From NCBI GenBank assembly GCA_038087875.1, contig CM075977.1:40610001-40674000 (forward strand): a stretch of DNA of 64,000 bases, read 5' to 3'. Positions 52,194 through 64,000 of the stretch are shown here, in pieces; position 1 is the stretch's first letter; each line of letters opens with the position of its first letter. The DNA comes from Malacoraja senta (lineage: Eukaryota). Position numbers and translations under genes: made by a program. A model generated the notes under the pieces. It saw only the letters and a list, made by a program, of their open reading frames with translations, was not told the DNA's origin and ran no database searches.

Positions 52194-52270
52194 TCACGCA
52201 GGCGCAGACACACACACACACACACACACACATACACCAAGATCAGAGTTTTATAATTGTAGAGATATGG
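49249..52270 (+). mobile_element. Three head-to-tail related non-autonomous elements (possibly Helentron/HINE-like)
   Basis: Units start ACTAGAC(C/T)AAG at ~49249, ~50077 and 51251; they share a TTCCC.AACG.AATA.T.C motif; units 2 and 3 end GATCAGAGTT..TATA; internal simple repeats and an N gap at 51572-51715. The superfamily is a guess. Confidence 0.45.
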
Positions 52271-53759
52271 ATATAGATATGATAGATAAATAAAATTTAG
52301 AAATACTCTCCTGTTATACACTAATTGTCCTTCTCACAGCTGCCTAACATGGTGATCTCTGCAGTTGCTTTTTTCACCCCCCCCTCACCGAACTCCAAAT
52401 GAGGCTTAGGGCATAGCCTGAGGCCTTTCCACAAACAACGGACTCCCTATCAAGGTATAATTAATAAGTTTGTTGACACTAAAATAGATGGTTTCACAGA
52501 CAATAAAGATGGTTATCAAGACTTACAGTAAGATCTTCAGTTGGATAAATGAGCTGAGGAATTGCAAATGGAGTTTTATTCAGTTAAGTTTGAGGTGTTG
52601 TATTCTGGGAGGTCAAACCAGGGCAAGACTTTCACAGGGAATAGTTGTGGCTTGGGGAGTGTTGTAGAGCAGAGAGAACTGGGTGCATGTCCAAAGTTCA
52701 CTGAAAGTGATGTTGCATGCAGATAGGGTAGTGAAGAAGGCCTCATTAGTCTGGGTATTGAGAATAGAAGTCGGGACATTATGTTACAGTTGTACAAGAT
52801 GTTAATGGGACTGCACATGGAATATTGTGTTTGGTTTGGTTACCTTGCTAATAGGAAAGATAACATTATCTCTACTCAACAGTAGAGATAACAGTAGCTC
52901 TACTCAATAACCAAAAATCTGTAGCCTCCTTTTGCTCTGGTATTTTATTTAATTCACATGTTTAATCAATAATGTTTTATTATTAATGTTTAATGTTTTA
53001 TGTATCATTCTTAACTGTCACTATGTCATGTTGTCACTTGTGGGCGGAGCAACAAGGCAAATTCCTTGTATGTGAATACTTGGCCAATAAACTTATTCAT
53101 TCATTAAGCTAGAAGTACAGAGAATATTTCTGAGGATGTTGCCAGGACTTGACCTATGAATGTGCCAGGACTCAAGTTTGCAGTTAACATGAAGATTGGT
53201 GGAGTTGTGGATAGCGTGGAGGATAGTCTTGTGCTACAGTGATATAGATATGTTGGTGAAATTGGCTGATAAACGCCAATAAAGTCAAATCCAGGTAAAG
53301 CATTTTGGGAGAATGAATTGTAAGTACGTTTACCACGAACAATAGAGTTTTAGGGATGCACACAGGGACCTTGGTGTACACTTACAGAGATCTTTGAAAG
53401 TGAAAGCAAAGGTAGATAATCTGGTTACAAAGGCATATGGGATCTGGTCTTCATTTGATAGGGCATTGAATACAAAAACAGGTGTATACCAATTTTATAA
53501 AACTTTGCTTCGGTTCAACTGTAGTACTGTGTGATTTCTGGACACCACATTGGAGGAAGAATGTGATGGTGCTAGAGAGGATGCAGAGAAGATTCACCAA
53601 GATGTGGCCTGGGATGAAGATTTCAGTTTTGGAGAGGCTGGGCCTGTTTTCCGTGGCGAGGAGGAGGTTGAGAGGGGACATGACTGAGATATATATAATG
53701 AGTATAAATAGGGTAGATTACAGGAAACTATTCAGAAGGAGCAAAACAAGAGGATATCA

Positions 53760-56700
53760 AGTCGTTAAGAGTTTATTGTCATGTGTCCCAGATAGGACAA
53801 TGAAATTCTTGCTTGCTGCAGCACAACAGAATATTGTAGGCTTAATACAGAACAGATCAGTGTGTCCATATACCATAGAATATATATACACACACATAAA
53901 TAAACAGATAAAGTGCAATGGGCTGTTATATAGTTCAGAGTTTGTTTGAAGTTGTGTTTAATACCCCATTGGGTCGGTGGGGGCGCTGCAAGCCGGCAGC
54001 CCTGTCAGCAGCGTGTTAGTCTTTTCAACTTTTTTTGTTTTTTTATTATGTTTTAATGTATGCTTTTAATGTCTCTCTGTGTGTCTTGTGTGGGGGGGGG
54101 TGGTGTGGGGGGTAAGGGGGAAACCGCTTTGGTCGCCTCCTCCACGGAGAGGCGACTTTTTCCATGTCGCCTCCCCCATGGCCTAACATCGAGGATCGGT
54201 GCGGCCTTTCCCGGAGACACGCCCGGGGCTTCAGCTGCGGGCGCAGCGCGGACTCTCGGCGTGGAGCGGGCGAGCCCTCGCCGGAGGGGAGCGCTCCATT
54301 TCGTTGGCCCGCGGCTGCCGGCAGCCTGAAGTCGTCTGCAGAGCTCCAGCTGGCGCGGAGTCCGCAGCCCTGGATCCCTCGTGGGGGACCCGGGGGAAGA
54401 ACAAGCTCCGAATGCCAACCCGCAGCCAACTTCTGCGGTGCTTCTGGCTGCGGCGGGAACTTTAAATGTTCGACCGCCGGCCTGCGGCCTACACCAACCT
54501 AAAGCCGCGGTCTCCGGTGGGGAGGCACCGATTCAGGACTTACCTTGACTTTTACCTGTCTGCACATCTGGACGCCCGCAGCGGCGACTGCGGAGGGTTG
54601 AGGTCCCGACCACGGGGGAAAATGGAGGAGGAATGACCAAATTTTGTGCCTTCCACCACAGTGATGAATGCTGTGGTGGATGTTTGTGTTAAATTTTTTG
54701 TGTGTTTTTGTGTGTGTTCTTTATCATTGTACCGCTGCTGGCAAATTCATTTCACTTGCACTTTATGTGCAATGTGATGAATAAAACCGTATTGTATTGT
54801 ATTGTATTGTATTGTTAATAGTCTGATGGCTGTGGGGAAGAAGTTGTTCCTGAACCTGGATGTTGCAGATTTCAGGCACCTGTACCTTCTACCTGATGGC
54901 AGCGGAGAGATGAGTGTGTGGCCAGGATGGTGTGGGTCCTTGATGATGTTGGCGGCCTTTTTGAGGCAGCGACTGCAATAGATCCCCTCAATGGTAGGGA
55001 GGTCAGAGATGATGATGGACTGGGCACTGTTTACAACTTTTTGCAACCTCAAGTTGCCGAACCAAGCCATGATGCAACCGGTCAGCATGCTCTCTACTGT
55101 GCACCTGTAGAAGTTCAAGAGAGTCATCCTTGACATATCGACGCTCCGTAATCTTCTCAGGAAGTAGAGGCGCTGATGTGCTTTTTTTATAATTGCATCA
55201 GTGTTCTGGGACCAGGAGAGATCTTCGGAAATATGCACGCCCAGGAATTTGAAGTTCTTGACCCTTTCCACCATCGACCCGTTGATGTAAACTGTGGGTC
55301 CCCATCCTACCCCTTCCAAAGTCCACAAACAGTTCCTTGGTTTTGCTGGTGTTGAGAGCCAGGTTATTGTGCTGGCACCATTTGGTCAATCGGTCGATCT
55401 CACTTCTCTACTCTGACTCATCCCCATCAGTGAATCGTCCCACAACAGTGGTGTCATCGGCGAACTTGATGATGGAGTTTGCACTATGTCCAGCTACGCA
55501 ATCATGAGTATAGAGTGAGTACAGCAGGGGGCTGAGCACGCAGCCTTGAGGTGCTCCTGTGCTGATTGTTATCGAGGATGACACATTTCCACCAATACGG
55601 ACAGACTGTGGTCTGTGAATGAGGAAGACGAGGATCCAATTGCAGAGGGACTCGCAGAGACCCAGATCTGAGAGCTTGGTAACCAGCTTGGAGGGGATGA
55701 TGGTATTAAATGCCGAGCTGTAGTCAATGAATAACAGCCTGACATATGAGTTTTTGTTGTACAAGTGGTCCAGAGCGGAGTGGAGAGCCAGTGAGATCGC
55801 ATCCACCATTGATCTGTTGTGGCAGTAAGCGAACTGCAGTGGGTCCAGGTTTTTGTCAAGGTATGAGTTGATTTGCGCCATGATCAGCCTCTCAAAGCAC
55901 TTCATCACCACAGACATTAGTGCCACTGGTCGATAGTCATTGAGGCACGTCACCTTGCTCTTCTTGGGCACCGGTATTATTGATGCCCCTTTAAAGCAGG
56001 TGGGAACCTCAGACCTCAGAAGTGAGAGGTTGAAAATGTCCATAAAAACTCCAGCCTGTTGGTCCGCACAGGTTTTAAAACATGACCAGGTATACCATCA
56101 GGTCCAGGCGCTTTCCGAGGGTTCACCCCTCTGAAGGATCTTCTGACATCGGCCTCTGTGACTGTGACCGAAATACCATCACGGTGAATGGGGGCTCGGG
56201 AAGGCACATCAGTATTCTCCCTATCAAAGCATGCGTAAAACGCATTGAGCTCGTCAGGGAGTGATGCTTCACTGACATTTGAGCTGCCTCCTGATTTCGC
56301 CTTGTAGGAGGTGATTGCATTCAAGCCCTGCCACAGCTGCCAAACATCTGTCTCATCCTCCAGTTTGGAGCAGATGTCCCTTTTGGGCTTTTTGATGGCC
56401 TTACCAAGGTCGTATCTGGGCGTCTTGTAGACCTCTGGATCTCCAGACCTGAATGCCCGGGATCTGGTCTTCAGAAGAATGCGGATCTCATGGTTCATCC
56501 AAGGCTTCTGGTTAGGAAACACTCGGAAGGTTTTTGTTGGGATGCAGTCCTCCACACATTCCTTTATGAAGTCTGTAGCGACTGTGGCGTATTCATTCAG
56601 GTCCGTTGCCGAGTCCCTGAACATTGCCCAGTCTACAGACTCCAAACAGTCCTGGAGTTGTTCCTCTGCCACCACCCACCCACCCCCCACCCAACCAGCT

Positions 56701-57420
56701 CTGTACAGTCCTTACCTCTGGGGGTGCGCTCTTCAATTGCTGCCTGTAGGCAGGAAGAAGCAGCACCGCAGTATGGTCGGATTTACCCAAGGAAGGGCGA
56801 GGGATAAAGCGATAGGCATCCTTGATGGTCGTGCAGCAGTGGTCGAGGGTGTTTGGTCCTCTGGTGCTGCAGGAGACATGTTGGTGGAAGTTAAGGAGCA
56901 ATTTCTTAAGGTTGGCTTTGTTGAAATCCCCGGCTATGGTGGTAAATGCCTCGGGGTAAGCCGTCTAGTGCTTGTTGACCACGGCGTGCAGCTCCCCCAG
57001 TGCCAGATGGGCATCTGCCTGGGGAGGGATGTAGACCACGGTCAGGATGATGGAGGTGAATTCACTCGGTAGGTAGAAGGGACGGCACTTCACAGCCAGG
57101 TGTTCAAGGTGTGGAGAGCAGGAGTTAGATAGGACTGCCACGTCTGAGCACCATGCAGAGTTGACCATGAGCCAGACGCCCCCTCCTCTCCCTTTCCCAG
57201 ATGCCAGTGTATGGTCCATGCGATGGATGGAGAAACCTTCAGGCTGGACTGCTGAGTCTGGGGAGCTGGGGGTGAGCCATGTCTCTGTGAAACAGAACAC
57301 AGAGCATTTCCTCAGCTCCCTTTGGTAAAGCAGCCTTGGGCTTAAGTCCTCCACTTTATTTTCAAAGGACTGTACATTGGCCAGGAGGATGGTAGGGAGA
57401 GGGAGTTAAAGTCCCCTGTG
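53760..57420 (-). mobile_element. Rex1/Babar-like LINE, near-complete frameshifted ORF
   Basis: CFTETWL (APE); [20 protein letters not shown]; [12 protein letters not shown]; [12 protein letters not shown]; FADDTT; FKFLGVHIS; KAHQRLYFLRRL. Confidence 0.85.
53964..54814 (+). mobile_element. ~850-bp CpG-rich non-coding retroposon inserted in the Rex1-like 3' end
   Basis: TTAATA TSD (53958-53963, 54815-54820); AATAAA plus (TATTG)n tail; hairpin 54652-54680. Confidence 0.7.
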
Positions 57421-59765
57421 CTTCAGTCTGACCTGAAGTGGAGAGAGTTAAAATTTTAAATTAATAGGTGTTAATCTCTCACATGATCAGTCCTGTGCCC
57501 TAACATAAATGTAATAATGAAGGTGCATCAGTGTCACCACTCTTTCAGAACTTGAAAGAGTTTCAGCATATCATCAAATACTGACAAACGTCTGCATATC
57601 TACAGTAGAAAGTATCTTGACTGGTTGAAGCAAGGCATGGTATGAAAACTCCATTGCACGGGAACATAACAGGCTGCTGAGAGTGGTGGCACAGCCTGGT
57701 CCATCATAGAAACAGCCCTTCCTACTTTTCAAAGCATCTACACGATGCACTGCCTCACGAAGGCAGTATTTATTATCAAGGGTCCCTAAATCCAGCTATG
57801 CTCTCTTCTGGCTGCTTCCAACAGGCAGGAGGAACAGAAGTCTGATATCCCACACCAGCCGGTTCAGCAACAACATCCTTCCATCAACTAACCAGCCCGC
57901 ACAACCCTAATTTTACCAAAATAATGGAACACTACAGACCTCCTCTTGCACTATATTTGACTTGTTTTATTGTCCAATTGTGGTTTGTACTAATGTCTTT
58001 AGTTTTTGCAGTATTTCTTTCTACTGCCTTTTTACTTACAGAATTTGTCTAATTTCATGTATAATTTGTCTTTGTGTATTTGAATGTGTCTATGTGCCTG
58101 TGATGCTGCTGCATGCGTTTTTCATTTTACTGATGTCTTACCATATTTGTGCATACTGTATGACAATAAACTGATCTTGACTTGAGAGAAAAAAATGGCT
58201 TGGCAATGTGATATTGATTTTCCCCATTTACTCTCTCAAGTCAAGTCAAGATCAGCGATCATTAAAGTAAACCAGTATGTTCATGTTCACAGAAGCATAA
58301 TAATGTTAACAGATGTATTTATAAATACTAGATAGAGAGAAAATAATCATAATCTGACGTATTTCTGAATGGACAAATAAGCTCAAGACTCTCGCAGACT
58401 TTCTTTGAAGAGATGGCAATATGGCAGAAAGATGTGGAATCAGATGTGGCATACAAAGACATTAATGGAGCTTTTAGAGTCACAGCACAAGAAAATAGGC
58501 CCTTCAGCTTAACTCATTTGTGCCTACTCAGATGCCCGATCTAAGCTTGTCCCATTTTGCCCACTTTTGGCCAATATCCCCCTAATGCTTTTGCAAAGAT
58601 TTCACACATTGGGGAAGCTTTGTGATTATGGAATTGAATTGCTGAAGGGCAGTAAGTTGAATGGTTACAAGAGAAGACACAGAGGAGAAATAAAATGACT
58701 GAGAATTGACAGCAATATCTCCTAAATGTTGGAACTTGGTAATGATCCTTGGTACTTGGTAATGATATCTCTGATGATTCTGTCATGTAGTTCTTCATGT
58801 TTACTGAAACATCAATAATCTGCATATCAAGGTCAAATGAAGTAGCATTGAGATTTGTAAATGAAACCAAGATAGCAGATACAGTTAATAAATCTGAACA
58901 AAGGAAATTATTATCATGAAGATGTTTGAGACGCTCTCCATGTCTTATTTCTTCTTTCTTGTTAATTTCCTCATTTCCGTCCCCTCTCCTGATTCACTGA
59001 AAAATGGTCAGTTTATGAAAATTCTATTTAAATGTTTGGTAACATTTAAATTCATTATTGCACATGATGTATTCATTTCTTCTGCGAATAAAAGAAAATC
59101 GGATCCAATTCAGAGAGATTGTCGAATATTTATTTTCCACTGAATGATCTACACAGTCTAATTAGTGTTTTTCCCCTGATTTTTCATAGACTGATGCTCT
59201 TTAATGGCTGTTTGGTTGCAAAATGGAAAGATCAATGGGTTAAACGATTGAAGGTAAGGTATGTGTACAGAGACAGTTCCAGAGTTAGAAATTTGACATC
59301 TTCCAATATTAGTTACACATTGTGTAGCATTATCTCAATTTTAATATCACTGCATAGTATTAAATCTACATAATTTACAAAGCAGTTCTTTGAATAATGT
59401 TTATACACATTTTGCAGTTGTCTGATTATTTATTGTATTTACAGTATAGAAACAATGCATTTGGTCCAACATATCCATGCCAGTTTGTAACATCCACATG
59501 AACTGTACAGACTATATATTTCCTTTGCAGTCATAGTCATACATCACAGAACCAGGCACTTCAGCTCACCTTGTGTGTGCCTTCTTCACCATCCTGTCTG
59601 CCTGTGTTGCTATCTGCAGGCATCTTTGAACTCGTACACCAGGTACTTTGTTCCACATTGCATCCAAGGGCACTACCATTCATGGTACATATCCTACTCG
59701 TCTTAGACAAGTCCCAAACAAAAATACATCACACGCTCATGTGAATTAACTACCGTAATTAATTA

Positions 59766-60604
59766 CCGTATTTACCAGCAATGAAGACGCTATTTTTTAC
59801 TGAGAAATAAGGCACAAAATTTTACCTGCGTCTTGGAGGCCTAAGGTTAGGTTGTTAGCCAAAAAAGATAGACTAGGCTATCCCTCAGTACAGCAACATC
59901 AAGAACGATGTTGATGTACTGCCAAGTCTATCCCTCATTGCTGGCAGCTAATGGGAAACGGCTGTAAAGTGGGAAGCGGCTGTAAAAGGACAGTGCCGCT
60001 GGGGGGTGGGTGGGGAGAGTTCCTTTCACAGCATGTGGGGAGTTTGCCAGCAACTCATTCACTCACCGCTGCCATGGCGATCCGGGTGCGGAGCCACCTC
60101 ATCGTGGCCAGGGAGGGAAGTAGCTCGGGTGGCTGCGAGCGGCCGCCGGGACCGGACAGCGGAACCGGTCTCCACCTCAGCGCCTTTTGGCCCGCCAGCC
60201 AGCCAGCCACAGTGTCCTTCGGCACAGGCGCAACCGGCAGAGGTGGTGGTTGGCGGGTAGCTACTGGGCGGAAGGCTGGCTGCTCCATCCCGGGCTCTCT
60301 CTCTCTCTCTCTCTCTACTAGTCCCGGGAGAGGATGACCTGGGTGCTACAGCCAGTCCCGGGGCAGGCGACCTAGGAACTGCAGCCGGTCCCGGGGATAC
60401 GAGGGACCTGGGAACTACAGCCAGTCCCGGGGACGCGAGGGATCTGGGAACTGCAGCCAGTCCCGGGGCACGCAGGCGATGTTGCCGACCCCTGGACTAA
60501 ACCAAACCCTTGATCCTGTCCCGCCATCCTTTTCTCAAAATGTAGCAACTTAAATTGGGGGTGCTACTTCGAAGCAGGTGTGTCTTCATTGCCGGGAAAT
60601 ACGG
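59766..60604. mobile_element. Tc1/mariner-type (pogo/Tigger-like) MITE
   Basis: TIR CCGTATTT(A/C)CC(A/G)GCAATGAAGAC at both ends; TA on each side; internal ~30-bp tandem repeats. Confidence 0.85.
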
Positions 60605-60801
60605 TAACTGGTCCAGAAGATTGGAGTGTGGTTGTAGGTTGTAGCCTATGTTGTAGGTTCTGGAAGCTTGGAGTGTGGCTAATATTGTTCCTTTGTTTAA
60701 GAAGAGAAGTAGCGATAATCCAGGTTCTTTTAGGCTGGTGAGCCTTATGTCAATGGTAGGGAAGCTATTGGAGAAAATTCTTTGAGATAGGAAAGTTTTA
60801 C

Positions 60802-61134
60802 TTTTAAAAGACTTCCACTACTTGAATTTAGATTTATCTGTAAGTGGCAACCGTGGCGATGCTTGTCAGGTCCAGTTTATGTTGAAATTGGTCTTCCTCC
60901 ATTTCAGACACTTAATTTCCTGACTATCATTATCTCTTTCCACAACTACTTTGAAACTTACTGTCAAGACCACTGTTGAATTTTGAAATCACTGTTCAAA
61001 TTCAAAACGTGAAACTTTAAATTTGTTTATATCTCCTGCCACATCTGGTGAAACTGGCCATTCTGAAATATATGAGCATTTTATAAAGAGAAATTCTCTG
61101 CTCACCTTCACTCCAAACAGCAAAACCTTTGGTA
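60802..61134 (-). pseudogene. Possible decayed Ig-superfamily (C2/C1-like) domain exon
   Basis: 333-nt phase 1-1 interval between tgtacAG and GTAAAA; VPKVLLF..IKC (Cys 20)..55 aa..NSTVVLTVSFKVVVERDNDSQEIKC; three in-frame stops; canonical Trp not evident. Confidence 0.3.
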
Positions 61135-62409
61135 CTGTACACATAATATTTCCAGTGATCATTCTACGTTATTTTGCTGTCTCACATAAAGAGATATTAA
61201 GACAAATAATAACTTGGTCAAAGGTGAAAACATTTCTGAAAGGGTGGGGAGGTGTTGGTGGTGGTGGGGAAGGATCGAGGGGGATCCATTGCTTGGGACC
61301 GATCAGGAATACACAGAGATCAGAATATGAAGAAGACAGAGATGTTGCCTTTACATGTTCTCCAGAGATGCGGCCTGATCTGCTGAGTTACTCCATCACT
61401 TTGTGTCTTTACACAATATTCTGCACTCTGTTTTCTCTTTTGTACAACCTGTTGTACTCATGTATGGTATGTTCTGCCTGTACAGTATGCGAGTCAAAAC
61501 TTTTCACTGCATCCCCGTACATGTAACAATAATACATCAATACCAATCCAGGCTTCATTACGCTCTTCCCTGAATTTCAAAGCTTCCATGACCTTCTCCA
61601 GAGTATGATAAATATTAACTTAAGATCTTGCCCATCTCCTTTATCACACATTGATCTTTAAGGGGTCATAATCTCTCCCTCGGACTGTAGGTATTGAGGA
61701 AATTACAGTGCAGTTGGGTGACACGGAATAGATTTGACTTGTTTGGTAATGACATGAGTGGGAACTAAAGTGTAGTTGACTAATCAACCAGCAGAGGTGT
61801 CCTGTGATAGTTCTTGGTCATTGGATATGGAATATTGTGTGACAAATTGCCTGAGTATGTGCAGAAATAGGTAAACCTCTTTGAATATCTTCCATTAGCT
61901 ATATCTACCTTTACAGATGAAGGTGAGTGGGTAGTATTCATCTTACTTTTCACCCTGTGGCTGAAGTGCCGTTTCTTCTCCAGCTTGATGACTTACACAG
62001 GAAAGAGCAGTGTGAAGTTCTTATGATGTGCCATTATGTGGAAAGATAATAGGTTTACAAATATAAACATTAGCAACAATCTTCATCTGCACCACAATTA
62101 ATGCAGTACTTCTATTTGAAAACTCCAGAAACATTTGATCTTGCAGCCTAATCAAAAAACGATGTTACCTTTTGATTTAGATTTATGTTGACTGCCCATC
62201 CTCATTCTATTTTCTATAAAGCTGGAACCATTTGGAGCTGGAGCTCTTGCTGTCCATACCCTAATTCTGATTATAATCTTCACAGAGAAGCTGTATGCTT
62301 GCTGATCTACCGACTTCCAATTAAGAAATGCCTCGTTAAAGATTTCCATGTTTATTTTTAGATCACTCCATGACCATGACCTCCCTTCTCTGCAGTCCTA
62401 TAACTTTCC

Positions 62410-63521
62410 AATATATGTAGTCCCTTGATTTCCAGTTCTTACCTTCAAATGGTGGTCCTGAATATCAGAATACTATCCCCACCAAACAAAAACATTCTTG
62501 CCTTGCTAGATTTATTTTCACCTTTAAAGTTAAGGGTTTCAAATAATGAATTACTAAATTACTTCATTCAGTAGAGTCACGTTTGGCACAAAATTACCAA
62601 TTCCATTTCCAATCTGCACAGAATCATCAGCCATGAACAAGTAATCTGCCATTTCCCAATATCAGAGTTCATCACTCAATAAAACAGATTTGGACAAGCT
62701 CCAGGAAGATGCTATCAATATTACCTGAAGAAGGGCCTTTAAAATATTGGTGTTTGGGAAGGGAAAATAGTAAGATTAAGTGAGAACTTACCAGTTTGAA
62801 GTTTGATCTTTATTTTATGAGGAGTAACGTTGAGGGATTACGTGAAGAAGACCCCGTCCAGCTGCACACGCGTCAATCTTCAAAGCAGCGGAGTGAAAAT
62901 CACAGACGATAATTACTGAAGTATGATAATAAGATGCATAAAGACTAGAACTACCAGCTCGATCCTTTTATGAGGGTGGGAGCAGAGGGCACGTAATCCC
63001 TCAACGCTACTCCTCATAAAATAAAGATCAAACTTCAAACTGGTAAGTTCTCGTTTAATCTTACTATTTTACTTCGGAGTCACGTGAGTGACTACGTGAA
63101 GATTTCAAAGCTCTGTGATTTCACACCGTGGATTAAAATCCAGGTGCTCACTGCACTGATTGACTCTATTGAGTAAGCACAATCAACAATGCATACCCTT
63201 CTTCAGGTAATATTGATAGCATCTTCCTGGAGCTTGTCCAAATCTGTTTTATTGAGTGATGAACTCTGATATTGGGAAATGGCAGATTACTTGTTCATGG
63301 CTGATGATTCTGTGCAGATTGGAAATGGAATTGGTAATTTTGTGCCAAACGTGACTCTACTGAATGAAGTAATTTAGTAATTCATTATTTGAAACCCTTA
63401 ACTTTAAAGGTGAAAATAAATCTAGCAAGGCAAGAATGTTTTTGTTTGGTGGGGATAGTATTCTGATATTCAGGACCACCATTTGAAGGTAAGAACTGGA
63501 AATCAAGGGACTACATATATT
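62410..63521. repeat. 326-bp perfect inverted repeat (62410-62735 / 63196-63521)
   Basis: Arms read as exact reverse complements; both end pairs sum to 125931, so no indels. Confidence 0.93.
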
Positions 63522-64000
63522 AAATGTAATCAGTTAATGGTTTTATTTATTTTAACAAATTAACCCATTTATCATAATGGGGGATTTAATACTGAACCCA
63601 GCACGGCATCACCAACCACCCCGGGATCTTTAATCTCCTTATGGTAATACTTGTGAAACATCTGTTCACTTGCCCATCCTGCGGCCGTGAGGATAAGGTC
63701 TATTGGAACGTCTGAATCCCTGGCCGATGTTGATGCCGCCCTGGTGGAATGAGATTTTAATTTATCAGTATCAATACCTGAATAAATCAACACCTGTTTC
63801 AACCGTCTTGAAATTGTCTGTGTTGACACTTTCTTATGAGGACTTTTATGACTAATAAAAAATGCTAATTGTGTGCCTCTTAAGATTCTGTTTGTTTCCA
63901 TGTAACATCTTACATATGTTACTACACATAGCCATGGATCCGTAGGATATGCTGAAAACTCCAACTTACATCCCGTGAACCCAGGTCTACTTTGCTTCAG
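62764..64000 (-). mobile_element. DIRS-type tyrosine-recombinase retrotransposon end (YR C-terminus plus terminal inverted/ICR-like structure)
   Basis: ORF 63572-63964: ISRRLKQVL..HSTRAASTS..ILTAAGW..FHKYY; inner ~81-bp inverted repeat 62764-62844 / 62990-63070. Confidence 0.8.

Noticed and set aside
54046-54502. Several ~120-aa ORFs
   Set aside because: Inside the CpG-rich retroposon; no coding signature.
60802-61134. Idea that the Ig-like exon is TRGC
   Set aside because: It is on the opposite strand and lacks the C-gamma pattern (P.PTIF.P, CL..F.P, conserved Trp).
62231-62260. TTT GGA GCT GGA (FGAG), resembling a J motif
   Set aside because: Continues ALAVH rather than T-x-L-x-V; no upstream 12-RSS and no downstream donor.

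Overview
This is vertebrate genomic DNA, very probably from a cartilaginous fish (skate/ray-like; inferred from the HER1/CR1-type LINEs, the HE1-like SINE and the V sequences). The key host content is three apparently intact T-cell receptor gamma-type V gene segments on the + strand (5.3-12.0 kb). Each has a leader exon, a short intron, an open V exon ending YYCAxW and a 23-bp-spacer recombination signal sequence. I found no J or C segment in the remaining ~52 kb, which includes a 200-N gap at 37.4 kb. Most of that region is nested transposable elements: several CR1 subfamilies (one full-length copy with intact ORF1/ORF2), L1, L2, Rex1/Babar-like, RTE-like, Gypsy, hAT, Harbinger and Tc1/mariner MITEs, Penelope remnants with hammerhead-like repeats, and a DIRS end. 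Exact TSDs resolve a Gypsy<-hAT<-CR1 triple nesting. The last 6 kb holds mostly non-TE sequence with possible decayed Ig-domain exons and a perfect 326-bp inverted duplication around a DIRS terminal structure. All coordinates were counted by eye and may be off by a few bases.
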